A stretch of DNA of 64,000 nt from a virus. Taxonomy: Duplodnaviria > Caudoviricetes. Position 1 is the first letter of the stretch; every line of letters begins with the position of its first letter. The stretch covers positions 29,022-93,021 of the IMG/VR virus record IMGVR_UViG_2744054422_000002; one strand, 5' to 3'. This document shows positions 39,034 to 47,750 of this stretch, one piece after another. The notes beneath the pieces are model-generated. The model made no database searches. It worked only from the letters and a program-made list of their open reading frames with translations, and was not told where the DNA came from. A program made the translations under genes and the position numbers.

Positions 39034-39915
39034 TCAGTAGTTGAGGGGGAGGGCCAGGACTTCGAGGGCTTGGCGAAGGTCGACCACCGCGTGGAGGGAA
39101 CCGCCCGCGACGACCGGGCAGGTGGCTGCGGCCGAGGAGGCGACGATCACCCGCTTGTAGCCGCCGCAGATGTCGGCGTAGCGGATGCTGCCGCGGGGGT
39201 CGCGTACGCGGCCGTCGAGGCCGAGTTCGCCGATGAGCACGGTCCGCTTCAGGGCGCGCGGGTTGACGTGGCCGGCCGCTGCGAGGATCGCGCACGCGAT
39301 GGCCAGGTCGGCGGACGAGCTGGGGTATCCGGAGCCGTGCAGGGTGACCGTCAGCTCCCCCTCGGGCCAGTCGTAGCCGCTGTTGAGGATCGCGGCGCGT
39401 ACGCGGTCCCGGGTTTCGAGGACAGAGCCGTGCAGGCCGTCGACCGTCAACGAGGAGGTGTCGGCCGGGGTCAGGTCCACGTGGACGTGGCACACGAGGC
39501 CCTCGTGGAGAACGTACGCGCGGGTGTGGCGCTTCTCGGCGGGCGGCTCAGGGAGCTGAACGTCCCGGTACGGGAAGCCGTCATCGGACGACTTCCAACC
39601 GGCGGCGACCAGGCCGCCGAAGGGAATTGCCTGCCGGAACAGGTCGTCGACGTCGTCCACAAGGCCGTCGTTGAAGGCGTGGCCGAGGCTCGCAGGCGCG
39701 TACCAGAGGGTCTTGCCCTCGGCGTCGCGGACCTCGTTCAGTTCCCTCTCCTCGGTGTCGACCGTGATGGCGGCCGCAGTGGGCAGGACCGCGCGGATCA
39801 GGCGGGCCGCGTAGGCGATCGTGTCGGCGAGGAGCGCGCTGCGGGCGGCCTCGGCGGTCCGCGCGGAGCTGGCGCACGCGCGGGAGAGCGCGGCGGTGAG
39901 GGAGTCGGTGCTCAT
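39034..39915 (-). CDS. Protein with ComM/YifB N-terminal (Lon-like/ChlI) domain, lacking the AAA+ ATPase
   Basis: ETRDRVRAAILNSG...ADLAIACAILAA...LIGELGLDGRVR; no Walker A present. Confidence 0.75.
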   Translation of the reverse strand: MSTDSLTAALSRACASSARTAEAARSALLADTIAYAARLIRAVLPTAAAITVDTEERELNEVRDAEGKTLWYAPASLGHAFNDGLVDDVDDLFRQAIPFGGLVAAGWKSSDDGFPYRDVQLPEPPAEKRHTRAYVLHEGLVCHVHVDLTPADTSSLTVDGLHGSVLETRDRVRAAILNSGYDWPEGELTVTLHGSGYPSSSADLAIACAILAAAGHVNPRALKRTVLIGELGLDGRVRDPRGSIRYADICGGYKRVIVASSAAATCPVVAGGSLHAVVDLRQALEVLALPLNY

Positions 39916-39986
39916 GGTGTTCCTCTCGGAGCTGGAAGGGGTGGGCCGGGGAACGCTGCCTGTCCCCCGGCCCGAGTGCTGGTCGG

Positions 39987-40229
39987 TCAGTTGTCGGCGG
40001 TCACGATGAACCGCGGGGTGCGGCCCGCGATCTGGACCCAGACTTCGGTCTCGCCCTTGTGGACGCTGGCGGCCGGGATGCTCTCGGTCCAGCGGATGAC
40101 GGTCTTGCGCATGGGCGCCTTGGAGAACCTGGCGGTGCCGACCTCGGAGGTGACGACCTCGGCCGGGTAGAAGGTGCCGATGGTGGCGAGCTGGGTGCCG
40201 GGGGCGAGGGGGGTGAAGTTGGCGGCCAT
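39987..40229 (-). CDS. Small hypothetical early protein
   Basis: ATG 40229 with RBS AGGAGG, directly downstream of repeat promoter copy 1. Confidence 0.7.
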   Translation of the reverse strand: MAANFTPLAPGTQLATIGTFYPAEVVTSEVGTARFSKAPMRKTVIRWTESIPAASVHKGETEVWVQIAGRTPRFIVTADN

Positions 40230-40252
40230 TTCTTCCTCCTTGGAGAGGGGTT

Positions 40253-40336
40253 TTAGTGGGTAGTCACTAATACCAACGCGTGTACGACCCATGCGGTACC
40301 GGGTTGACCCGGGGGATTTCGAGAAAATGCAGGTCA
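40253..40336 (-). promoter_or_regulatory. Repeated promoter/operator cassette A, copy 1
   Basis: Minus strand TGACCTGC...GGTAC-N17-CGTT-GGTA-TTAGTG-ACTACC-CACTAA. Confidence 0.8.
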
Positions 40337-43099
40337 GGCGGCCAGCGCGAAGCGGTCGATCTCCTCGCCCGTGATGCACTCGACCAGCAGGCACAGCAGG
40401 ACCTCGGCCGCGTTCGGGGTGACCGCGTTACCCAGCTGCCTGACCTGATCGCGCTTCGACCCGAGGATCTTGTACTTGTCCCCGAAGGCCATCGCGCGCG
40501 CGATCTCCTTCGGCTGGAGCATGCGGAACAGCACCTTGGAGATGTCGTAGTCGCCGTTGGCGTCGAGGAGCGCGTACCGGTCGCGGGTCGGCAGGGCGCC
40601 GATGGGCTCGCCGACCGGGCGGGCCTGGCCGTTCCCGTAATACGGGACGAGGAGCGGCTCGGCGGAGGTCACCAGACCATGATGATTGCCGCCGGCCGAG
40701 ACGGTGTGGACCGGCTGGCTAATGTGCCGCGCCTTCTCCTTGTCGCCGCCGCCTCGCATGGGGACCACGAACGGCGCGTAGGCGATCGCCGTCTCAAGCC
40801 GTGCGGTCTGGGTGCGCAGCGGCTCGTTCAGGCTCATCGGCTTCTTGCCGTCGCGGCCCTCACAGGGGATCAGGATGGGCGGGATCACCAGGGCGTCGCT
40901 CTCGACCGTGGTCCGGGTCGGCATGGGGGCGCTCGTGCTGGTCGCGTCCTTGCGCCAGGTGCCGCCGGTGGGGACGAGGAGCGGTGCGATGTCGCCGCCA
41001 GCCTGGTCGTCGAACAGCGAGCCCTGGCTGACCGTCACGCCGGGCTGCGGCCAGAAGCGGCTGACGCCCGCGCGGACGCGGGCCATCGTCGCCGGGGCCA
41101 GGCCCTCGGGACAGCCCTTGCTCTTGGGGCGGGAGCCGATCGGCGTGCCCTTGACGGACCAGTCGATCGCCACGGCGGCCGAGAGGGTGCCGGGCTCGAC
41201 GATCGAGCGGCAGGACTTGCGAGGGCACTTGTAGTCGTAGCTGGAGTTGTAGCGGCCCATGTCCTTGTCTGGCCTGCGGAAGACCTGGTTGGCCTGGACC
41301 ACCTCGTCGCAGTTCAGGCAGAAGGCCGCCGGCCGCAGCCACTTGTCGAAGTTGGGCGTGCGCCCGAGGCTCTTGTGCCAGTAGACGAGGTACAGCCTGT
41401 CCCTGCTCTGCGGGGCGAGGTGCACGCTGCGCGGGTAGGCGTGCATGGAGTTCAGGGCGACGAGCTTCGTGCGGTAGCCCAGCTTGTGAAACTCCTTGAT
41501 CCACGAGTCCCACTCGGCCCATGCGCGGACGTCCACGACGTTCTCGACGACCCCCGCTTTGACCAGACCGCCGCGCTCGATCACGCCTCGCAGATAGAGG
41601 GGGATCTCCTCCATGAGGGCACGGCTGGCCTCCTCCTCCTCGGTCGGCCCGTCCTCCAGCTGGCCGCCGGTCTTGAACATCTCCTCTTCCATGTCGGCGT
41701 ACAGGCCCAGGAGGTCGCCCTGGACGGCCTTGGCGAACGACCGCTTCTTGCCCTTGGCGATGCTCCAGTTGGTGCACTCGGGCGAACCCCAGTGGATGTC
41801 ACAGAACGGCCAGGCCCAGACCGGGGCCTTGCGGATGTCGCCCATGTAGTGGCCGACACCCGGGAAGTTGAACATGTGCGTTGCGAGCGCCTGCCGCCAG
41901 TGGTTGGCCGCCATGGCTACGCGCAGGAAGGGCACCGCCTCAGCGCCCTGCGAACTGCCGCCCGCTCCACAGTTCCCGGTCCAGTGCACCAAGCCGTTGC
42001 GCCGACAAAGCCACGTGCCGTGCTCAACGGTGGGGCACCACACGATGCCGGTGAGGGTGGTCCACTCGGCAACGGCTTGGCGGAGCGGCTTGGCTGTGAC
42101 TCGCTCCAGGAGCGATACCCGCCACATCGGGTATGCCGCGCCCTTGTGCCGCATCTCCCACCGACGGATCGACGTCGCCCGGCCAGCGAGGATGGCAGCG
42201 AACTGGAAGGCTTCCGCGCGGTCTTGCCGGTTCTGCGAGAGAGACGATTCCCGCGCACCGTTCCGCACTCGGGTCGTCCCGTCGGCCAGCATCGACGTCT
42301 CGATCAGCAAGTTGAGCTGTTCCGCGGCGAGGGTGAACAGCCAGTCCGAGTCGAGGACGCGATCCGGCGCGGCAGCCAGGATGGGGGCCGTAGCTGCAAC
42401 GTTCAGCCGCCAGTACCTGGTCCCCTCGTAGTCCGCCACGTTCCACGCTGGCTGACCGGCTCGGCGGCCCGCGCGGCCCATCGGGGGGCCGTACAGCGCG
42501 GTCAGCGCCCGCTCGATCCGCGCGCACTTCTCAGGGTTCACCGACGGCGACTGTGACAGGTGCAGTCCGCCGTTCGCGCGGTAGCTCCCCTCGGTCCAGG
42601 CCCATCCGACGACCTCCACCAGGGCGTCATCCTGAACCTTGCGCGTCGGGGCCTCGAAGGGCGCACTGCGCACGACCGATGAGTCCACGGTGAGCCGGTC
42701 GGACGTGCGGACCTGCCATTCCGTTCGGCGTCCGGATGGCGTGCTGACGCGCTGTTGTACCGGCCAGCGGTGGCCGACCGTCACAAACGCTGACAGCGCT
42801 TTGCCCTCCACCTTGAGCATCTTCTCGTCGGTCACCTTAAAGATGTTCATCCTCTGGATCGGCACCCAGCGCGCGATGCCGTCCTCGGCATTGAGGCTGG
42901 CGACCAGGTCACCGACCGCCACCTGGTCGTACCGCCGCCATCCACGCGCGGTGAGGATCTCGGTCTCGGTGTCCGCACAGAACCAGTCCATGACGCTCAG
43001 GTCTCCGCTGTCGTGCCGGTAGGCGCGGATGCGTCGGGGGGCCTTGACGGCTACCGAGGCTGCCGCCCAGGCGCGGGAGGTGGAGTCGATGTAGGGCAC
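40334..43099 (-). CDS. C5 DNA cytosine methyltransferase containing an intein
   Basis: After intein removal motif I reads DWFCGAGG; ANHW, WGSPEC catalytic motif, VENV, PQSRDRLY, and C-terminal RMLQPKEI..QLGNAVTP. Confidence 0.9.
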   Translation of the reverse strand: MPYIDSTSRAWAAASVAVKAPRRIRAYRHDSGDLSVMDWFCADTETEILTARGWRRYDQVAVGDLVASLNAEDGIARWVPIQRMNIFKVTDEKMLKVEGKALSAFVTVGHRWPVQQRVSTPSGRRTEWQVRTSDRLTVDSSVVRSAPFEAPTRKVQDDALVEVVGWAWTEGSYRANGGLHLSQSPSVNPEKCARIERALTALYGPPMGRAGRRAGQPAWNVADYEGTRYWRLNVAATAPILAAAPDRVLDSDWLFTLAAEQLNLLIETSMLADGTTRVRNGARESSLSQNRQDRAEAFQFAAILAGRATSIRRWEMRHKGAAYPMWRVSLLERVTAKPLRQAVAEWTTLTGIVWCPTVEHGTWLCRRNGLVHWTGNCGAGGSSQGAEAVPFLRVAMAANHWRQALATHMFNFPGVGHYMGDIRKAPVWAWPFCDIHWGSPECTNWSIAKGKKRSFAKAVQGDLLGLYADMEEEMFKTGGQLEDGPTEEEEASRALMEEIPLYLRGVIERGGLVKAGVVENVVDVRAWAEWDSWIKEFHKLGYRTKLVALNSMHAYPRSVHLAPQSRDRLYLVYWHKSLGRTPNFDKWLRPAAFCLNCDEVVQANQVFRRPDKDMGRYNSSYDYKCPRKSCRSIVEPGTLSAAVAIDWSVKGTPIGSRPKSKGCPEGLAPATMARVRAGVSRFWPQPGVTVSQGSLFDDQAGGDIAPLLVPTGGTWRKDATSTSAPMPTRTTVESDALVIPPILIPCEGRDGKKPMSLNEPLRTQTARLETAIAYAPFVVPMRGGGDKEKARHISQPVHTVSAGGNHHGLVTSAEPLLVPYYGNGQARPVGEPIGALPTRDRYALLDANGDYDISKVLFRMLQPKEIARAMAFGDKYKILGSKRDQVRQLGNAVTPNAAEVLLCLLVECITGEEIDRFALAA
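41972..42979 (-). mobile_element. Intein (336 aa) with LAGLIDADG-like homing endonuclease
   Basis: Starts CADTETEILTARGW; block B VTVGHRW; GWAWTEGS and SMLADG; ends VWCPTVEHGTWLCRRNGLVHWTGN followed by +1 Cys. Confidence 0.9.
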
Positions 43100-43172
43100 G
43101 CGCTCTCCCCTTCGGATATGGGTCCGGGCGAGCGGATGGATCTCCGCTCGCCCGGGGTGGATGGGAAAGTTG

Positions 43173-44129
43173 TTACACAACCATCTTTGCCAAATTCACT
43201 TTGCAATATCCTCCGCACTTCGGGGATTTCGGCAAAGAAGCCTCAAACCGCCCTGATCGGGGCTGGAACGGGACCTGCGCGTTCAGTTGGCCGTCGAGCG
43301 CGTACCAGCACCAGTCATGGCCGCCGATCGCGTACCGGCCTTCCGCGTTCGGCTGGAGAACCTCGGTCGCCCGGTGGTGCCACTCGCTCCCGAGGTACAT
43401 CCAGCAGACGACCAGCACGACCGCATGGTCCGTTCCGTCGACCGCGCCTTCCAGGACGTGCACCGTGTCGACCGAGCCGTGCCCGTACCGGGTGGCGTCC
43501 GCCGCGGTGGCCTCCGCGATGCGCCGGACGGTGTCGAGGTCGAACCAGGGCCGTACGTACCCGTCGCGCTGGTCGGCGGGGTCCACCCTGGCCGGGTAGC
43601 GGTCGTTGTCATTCGCGCACACCATGACGTCGACCATCGCGCTCAGCGGTCGGGCCGTGCTGGCGGGCGCGATCGGGGCGAGCGGGACGGCCGCCGCGCG
43701 GATGAGGTCGAGGGCGTAGACCGATTGCCCGTCGCGGTCGGGCAGCTCTGCGCACAGCGGGTGCCAGACGTCCCGCGTGCTCTCGTCGAGGTACAGCGTC
43801 CACTCGCTCATGCCATGGACGCCGTTTCCGGCCTCGACCACGCCGACGGCCTCGGTGAAGGTGCGCCCCTCGCCGGCCATCGTCCAGTACCGGCCGGTGG
43901 GGAACAGCGCGCCGCCCTCGGCTTCGACCAGCTCGACCGCGCTCGCGTCGAACGCGGCCTCCTGGTCGTGGCCCGTCAGGATGTCGCGCACCGCCGCGGC
44001 GGCCGTGACGACCATCGCGCGGCCGAGCCGGTCGTGCGCGGCCCGGGCGGCGTCCAGCGCGGCGTGAGCCTCGGCGCCGAGGCTGGCGGGGATCTCGTAG
44101 GCCAGGCGAGAGGGGGTCTGGTCGGTCAT
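43173..44129 (-). CDS. Hypothetical modular early protein
   Basis: ATG with RBS GAGGA; C-terminal domain RPWFDLDTVR..SVDTVHV..CWMYL..YAIGGHDWCW shared with 44215..45129. Confidence 0.75.
   Translation of the reverse strand: MTDQTPSRLAYEIPASLGAEAHAALDAARAAHDRLGRAMVVTAAAAVRDILTGHDQEAAFDASAVELVEAEGGALFPTGRYWTMAGEGRTFTEAVGVVEAGNGVHGMSEWTLYLDESTRDVWHPLCAELPDRDGQSVYALDLIRAAAVPLAPIAPASTARPLSAMVDVMVCANDNDRYPARVDPADQRDGYVRPWFDLDTVRRIAEATAADATRYGHGSVDTVHVLEGAVDGTDHAVVLVVCWMYLGSEWHHRATEVLQPNAEGRYAIGGHDWCWYALDGQLNAQVPFQPRSGRFEASLPKSPKCGGYCKVNLAKMVV
43181..43238 (-). promoter_or_regulatory. Repeated operator cassette B upstream of the cytosine MTase
   Basis: CCATCTTTGCCAAATTCACTTTGCAATATCC...GGATTTCGGCAAAG aligns with 46001-46060 and 56131-56190. 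Confidence 0.55.
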
Positions 44130-44214
44130 GTGACGTCCTCGTTTCTTCCTGGTGGGGTGGAGGAGGGGGCCGGGACGAGCGCGGAGAGCTCCGCTTCCCG
44201 GGCCAGGGGGCGAG

Positions 44215-45129
44215 CTACGGGCGGGCGGCCGGGAAGGTGATCCGGTACAGCTCGTCGGTCTCCTCGTCCGGGACGTGCTGCCATCCGGCCGAGGTCAGAT
44301 CCCCGGGGGCGACCTCGGCGAGGGCGAGGCGCAGGATGCTGTCGGCCGCGCCGAGGGTCTCGAACGGGCCGGTGTCGTCGGCCGTGTCGATCTCGGTGTC
44401 ACCAGCGAAAACCGCGCAGATCCGGGCGAGGTTCTGGAGGTCAACCAGGGCCGACGTCGTCTCGGGGACCAGACTGCGCAGGACAATCCCGGCCTTCAGG
44501 GTGAGGGCGTCGACGGGCATCAGAGCGGCCGGCTGGTCGTCGCGGGTCAGGCCACACAGGCATTCGGTGTCGTGCCAGTCCTGGCTGTGCCCGCACGCAC
44601 ACGTCCAGGACGCCGCGCTCCAGGGCCACTCCCTGTCACCGAGGGGGTACAGCCCCTCGCGGTCGGGCCGGACGACATTGGCGGCCGTGCCGCTGCCCTC
44701 GTCCAGGTACATCCAGCAGATGTGCACGAAGACCGCGCGGCGGGCACCGCGACCGCCGGAGCTTCTCCTGCGGGCCGCCTTGCGGGCCTTTGGGGTGGCG
44801 TCGGTGATGCGGACGGCACGCTCCGCGTCGCGGTCCAGGCCGCGCCAGTTGATGCGGAAGGCGACCGCCAGGGTCTCGCCCTTCTCCTCGCTGTAGCGGC
44901 TGGGGCCGCCCTCGATTACGTGGACGGTGTCCGGGCTGTCCACGCGGCCGTCGATCACGTGGATGGTGTCCACGCTGTCGTAGCCGTACTCGTCGGCCAT
45001 GCGGATGGTCGCGGCGGACACCTGGCGGGCGCTGTCGAGGGGGAAGTAGGGGCGGTTGCCGGGGCTGAGCTGGCAGTCGAAGGGGCCGATGTCGCCGTCG
45101 AGGTAGACGCGGCTGGCGATGCGCTTCAT
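44215..45129 (-). CDS. Hypothetical modular early protein
   Basis: RPYFPLDSAR..SVDTIHV..CWMYL..YPLGDREWPW domain, then CxC..CxC, then a domain resembling the N-terminus of 39034..39915. Confidence 0.75.
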   Translation of the reverse strand: MKRIASRVYLDGDIGPFDCQLSPGNRPYFPLDSARQVSAATIRMADEYGYDSVDTIHVIDGRVDSPDTVHVIEGGPSRYSEEKGETLAVAFRINWRGLDRDAERAVRITDATPKARKAARRRSSGGRGARRAVFVHICWMYLDEGSGTAANVVRPDREGLYPLGDREWPWSAASWTCACGHSQDWHDTECLCGLTRDDQPAALMPVDALTLKAGIVLRSLVPETTSALVDLQNLARICAVFAGDTEIDTADDTGPFETLGAADSILRLALAEVAPGDLTSAGWQHVPDEETDELYRITFPAARP

Positions 45130-45207
45130 GCGGGGTGCTCTCCGTTCGGGCATGGGTCGGCCCCGGGGCGGGCGCGCGTGCCCGCCCCGGGGCCGGGGTG
45201 AGGTCTG

Positions 45208-45639
45208 TCAGATGTCGAACAGGGTGGGGGTCGGCTTCTTCGGGTGGGCGCCTAGCTCGGGCACCGCTTCGCCGGTCTGCTCGGTCCAGAACTTGGCGAG
45301 CATCGACCTGTGGCACCACTGTCCGGGCTTGTCGAGGCGGTCGAAGCAGAGGAGGACGACGGGGCTGTCCAGGTCGTTGACTCCCGCGATCGCGAGCAGT
45401 TCCTCGCGGATGGCGTCGACGCCGGTGTCGGTGAGCATCCGCCGGTACTGGAACTCGTAGGCGTCGACCGCGAGGTTCGCGCGGACCAGCGACCAGGGCG
45501 GGGTGACCAGTCGAGCGTGGCCGGCGAGCGCGTACGGGAGGGAGAAGCGCGGGTGACCGGCGGTCGTGCGGACCGGGGTGCCCATGGCGGGCTGGAACTC
45601 CTGAAACGTGCAGGTGGCGATTCGCACAGCTTCGCTCAT
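45208..45639 (-). CDS. DUF488-like protein
   Basis: VVLLCFD...WCHRSML motif, P.W.L and Y..QYRRML; ends PTLFDI. Confidence 0.7.
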   Translation of the reverse strand: MSEAVRIATCTFQEFQPAMGTPVRTTAGHPRFSLPYALAGHARLVTPPWSLVRANLAVDAYEFQYRRMLTDTGVDAIREELLAIAGVNDLDSPVVLLCFDRLDKPGQWCHRSMLAKFWTEQTGEAVPELGAHPKKPTPTLFDI

Positions 45640-45707
45640 GCTGCTGTTTCCCTTCGTGCTGGAGTGGGCCCGGCCGGGCCTGTGTGGCCCGGCCGGGAGG
45701 GCGGAGG

Positions 45708-45959
45708 TTAGCCCTCGCAGATGCAGGTTTCGCGGGTGCCGGGCTCGGTCCCGTAGAGCTGGTGGGCAGTCCGGAGGATCTTGCTGGCGACCTGGCAGAG
45801 GTGCGCGTTGTCCTCGTGCTTGGGCTGGTTGGTCAGGGTTTCCCTGATCCAGGGGAGGAGGAGCTCCATCTCCTCTCGGGTGAGGAGGAAGAGGTCCCTG
45901 TTCTCGATCTGCTCGGAGAGGTTGGAGGTGGGGTTCTGGGTGGTGGACGTGGTGGACAT
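45708..45959 (-). CDS. Small hypothetical protein
   Basis: ATG 45959 with RBS GGGAG, downstream of cassette B. Confidence 0.6.
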   Translation of the reverse strand: MSTTSTTQNPTSNLSEQIENRDLFLLTREEMELLLPWIRETLTNQPKHEDNAHLCQVASKILRTAHQLYGTEPGTRETCICEG

Positions 45960-46000
45960 TTGGTACTCCCAGTTCGCTGTGGTTTTTTGAACGATCCACT

Positions 46001-46060
46001 TCCTTCCTTTCCGGAATCCACTTTGCCTAATCCATTTCACAAAATTGATTAGGCAAAGAG
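46001..46060 (-). promoter_or_regulatory. Repeated operator cassette B
   Basis: CTTTGCCTAATC...GATTAGGCAAAG inverted repeat plus an extra half-site; AT-rich. Confidence 0.7.
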
Positions 46061-46079
46061 ACTCGCAAGAAGCCGCAGG

Positions 46080-46910
46080 TCAGGCGGCGGACTCGAAGAG
46101 GTCGAGCTGGCGCGGCTGGCGCTTCAGCCAGTCGTGGGTGCGCAGGCGGCTTCCGGCGTAGCCCGGCAGGAAGACCAGGCACGTGCGGACGCCCGTTCCG
46201 GAGACCGCGAACGAGTCGTCGGGCAGAGCCTCGATCTCGCCGCCGACCTCCTCGACGATCTCGCGGAACTCGGTCGTCTTCCGGTCCGACCACCACATCA
46301 GGCCCTGGCTCATGACGGCTACCAGGACGCCGTCGTCCTTCATGAACTGGGCCGCGTGAAGGATGTGGTTGAGCCCGTTGTTGAACGGCGGGTTCATCAC
46401 GATCCGGTCGTAGCCCTCCTCCCAGTCGAGCGGGTCGAGTCCGAGGAAGTCGGCTTCCATGGCCTTGCGGCAGTCTCCCTGCGCCCGCAGGATCTGTGCT
46501 CGCCGGCTGTCCAGTTCCACGGCGTCGACCAGGCCGCCTCGGCTCGCGATGTCGGCGGTCATCGCGCCCGCACCCGCCGAGGGTTCGAGCACCGTGTCCC
46601 CGGCCCGAATACCGGCCAGGTCGACGATCTGCGTGACGAGCGCGGGCGGGGTGGCGTACCAGCCCTGTTCTCCCTTGGACGGGTACTCGCCGGCCGCCAT
46701 GCACTGGCGCATGAACTCCTCGATCCGGTACGGGAAGACGTGCGCCCGGACCTTCTTGGCGCCGACCCACCGGCCGCCCATGTCCTTGAGCACCTTGTCG
46801 ACCTGCTCGTACAGGGCCCGGTCGAGTTCGAAGGGGACGCGCACCTGGTCGTGCCGGATCTCCGTGCGCCGGTCGTTGAGGACGGTCAGGACGTCGGTCG
46901 GGAAGAACAT
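46080..46910 (-). CDS. N6-adenine (amino) DNA methyltransferase, class I SAM
   Basis: YATP, VLEPSAGAG and IVMNPPF motifs; C-terminal QLDLF. Confidence 0.85.
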   Translation of the reverse strand: MFFPTDVLTVLNDRRTEIRHDQVRVPFELDRALYEQVDKVLKDMGGRWVGAKKVRAHVFPYRIEEFMRQCMAAGEYPSKGEQGWYATPPALVTQIVDLAGIRAGDTVLEPSAGAGAMTADIASRGGLVDAVELDSRRAQILRAQGDCRKAMEADFLGLDPLDWEEGYDRIVMNPPFNNGLNHILHAAQFMKDDGVLVAVMSQGLMWWSDRKTTEFREIVEEVGGEIEALPDDSFAVSGTGVRTCLVFLPGYAGSRLRTHDWLKRQPRQLDLFESAA

Positions 46911-47077
46911 GGCTCTCCTCCTGGAGGTCTGTGCTGGGTGGGTGAGGCCCTGGGGCCGGGGGCCCGAGGCGGGGAGGGCGTGGGGGCCGCTGCGACCGCC
47001 TCGGGGCCCGGGGTGGAGGGGGTAGGAGCGGGGCGCCGCTTACTCCCATGAGCGGCGCTTGTGGCATCCGGGCTCGG

Positions 47078-47680
47078 TCAGCTCGCGAGGCGCAGGTCGC
47101 GGGCGGCGTCCTCGGCCGCGCGGGCGCCGTCGAACTCGCCGCGCAGCCACCGGTTCAGGAAGGGGACCTGGCTGGTCGAGTCGAGCCGGGAGACGTACCA
47201 GGCGAGGCCGACCGGGAGGCGGCCCTTGCTCAGGGCGGTCTGTCCGGCCGGGCAGAGGTCGAGCAGCTCGATCCGCCAGCGGATGTAGGTCGGGAGCTTC
47301 CCGCACGCGTCTGCGATCTCGCAGTGGCTGAACCCGGCGTCGGCCAGCCGCTCGAACAGGGTGGCTTCTTCCATCGGGCTGATGTCCGGGCTGCCGATCT
47401 TGCGGGCGACCGCCATGAGCAGCCGTCCGGCCCGGCCGTCGTCGGAGACGTTGAGGACCGTGGCCTCGATCACCGCGTGGCGCGCGGCCCGCGCTGCCGC
47501 GTACTGGGCCTCGCCGAGGACGAGCAAATACCGGCCGGTGGCCGGGATGCGGCGGACGGTGACCCGGTTGCCGAGGTCGGACACTGCCTCGATGAGGTCG
47601 GTGAAGCCCATCGGGGCGAGGGGCGTGGGGACCGGGGAGCGGTCGATCTGGTGGACGGGGATCATGCGGGTGACGGTCAT
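47078..47680 (-). CDS. Short degenerate ParB-like paralog
   Basis: RYLLVLGEAQYAAA, SPMEEA..F.RL, YIRWRIELL.LC and KG.LPVGLAWYVS, matching the upstream ParB domain. Confidence 0.8.
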   Translation of the reverse strand: MTVTRMIPVHQIDRSPVPTPLAPMGFTDLIEAVSDLGNRVTVRRIPATGRYLLVLGEAQYAAARAARHAVIEATVLNVSDDGRAGRLLMAVARKIGSPDISPMEEATLFERLADAGFSHCEIADACGKLPTYIRWRIELLDLCPAGQTALSKGRLPVGLAWYVSRLDSTSQVPFLNRWLRGEFDGARAAEDAARDLRLAS

Positions 47681-47750
47681 GCTCGCGCCTTTCGGGTAGG
47701 GGGGCGCCCCCCGTCCGCTGCCTGGACGGGGGGCGCCGATGGAGGGTTGG

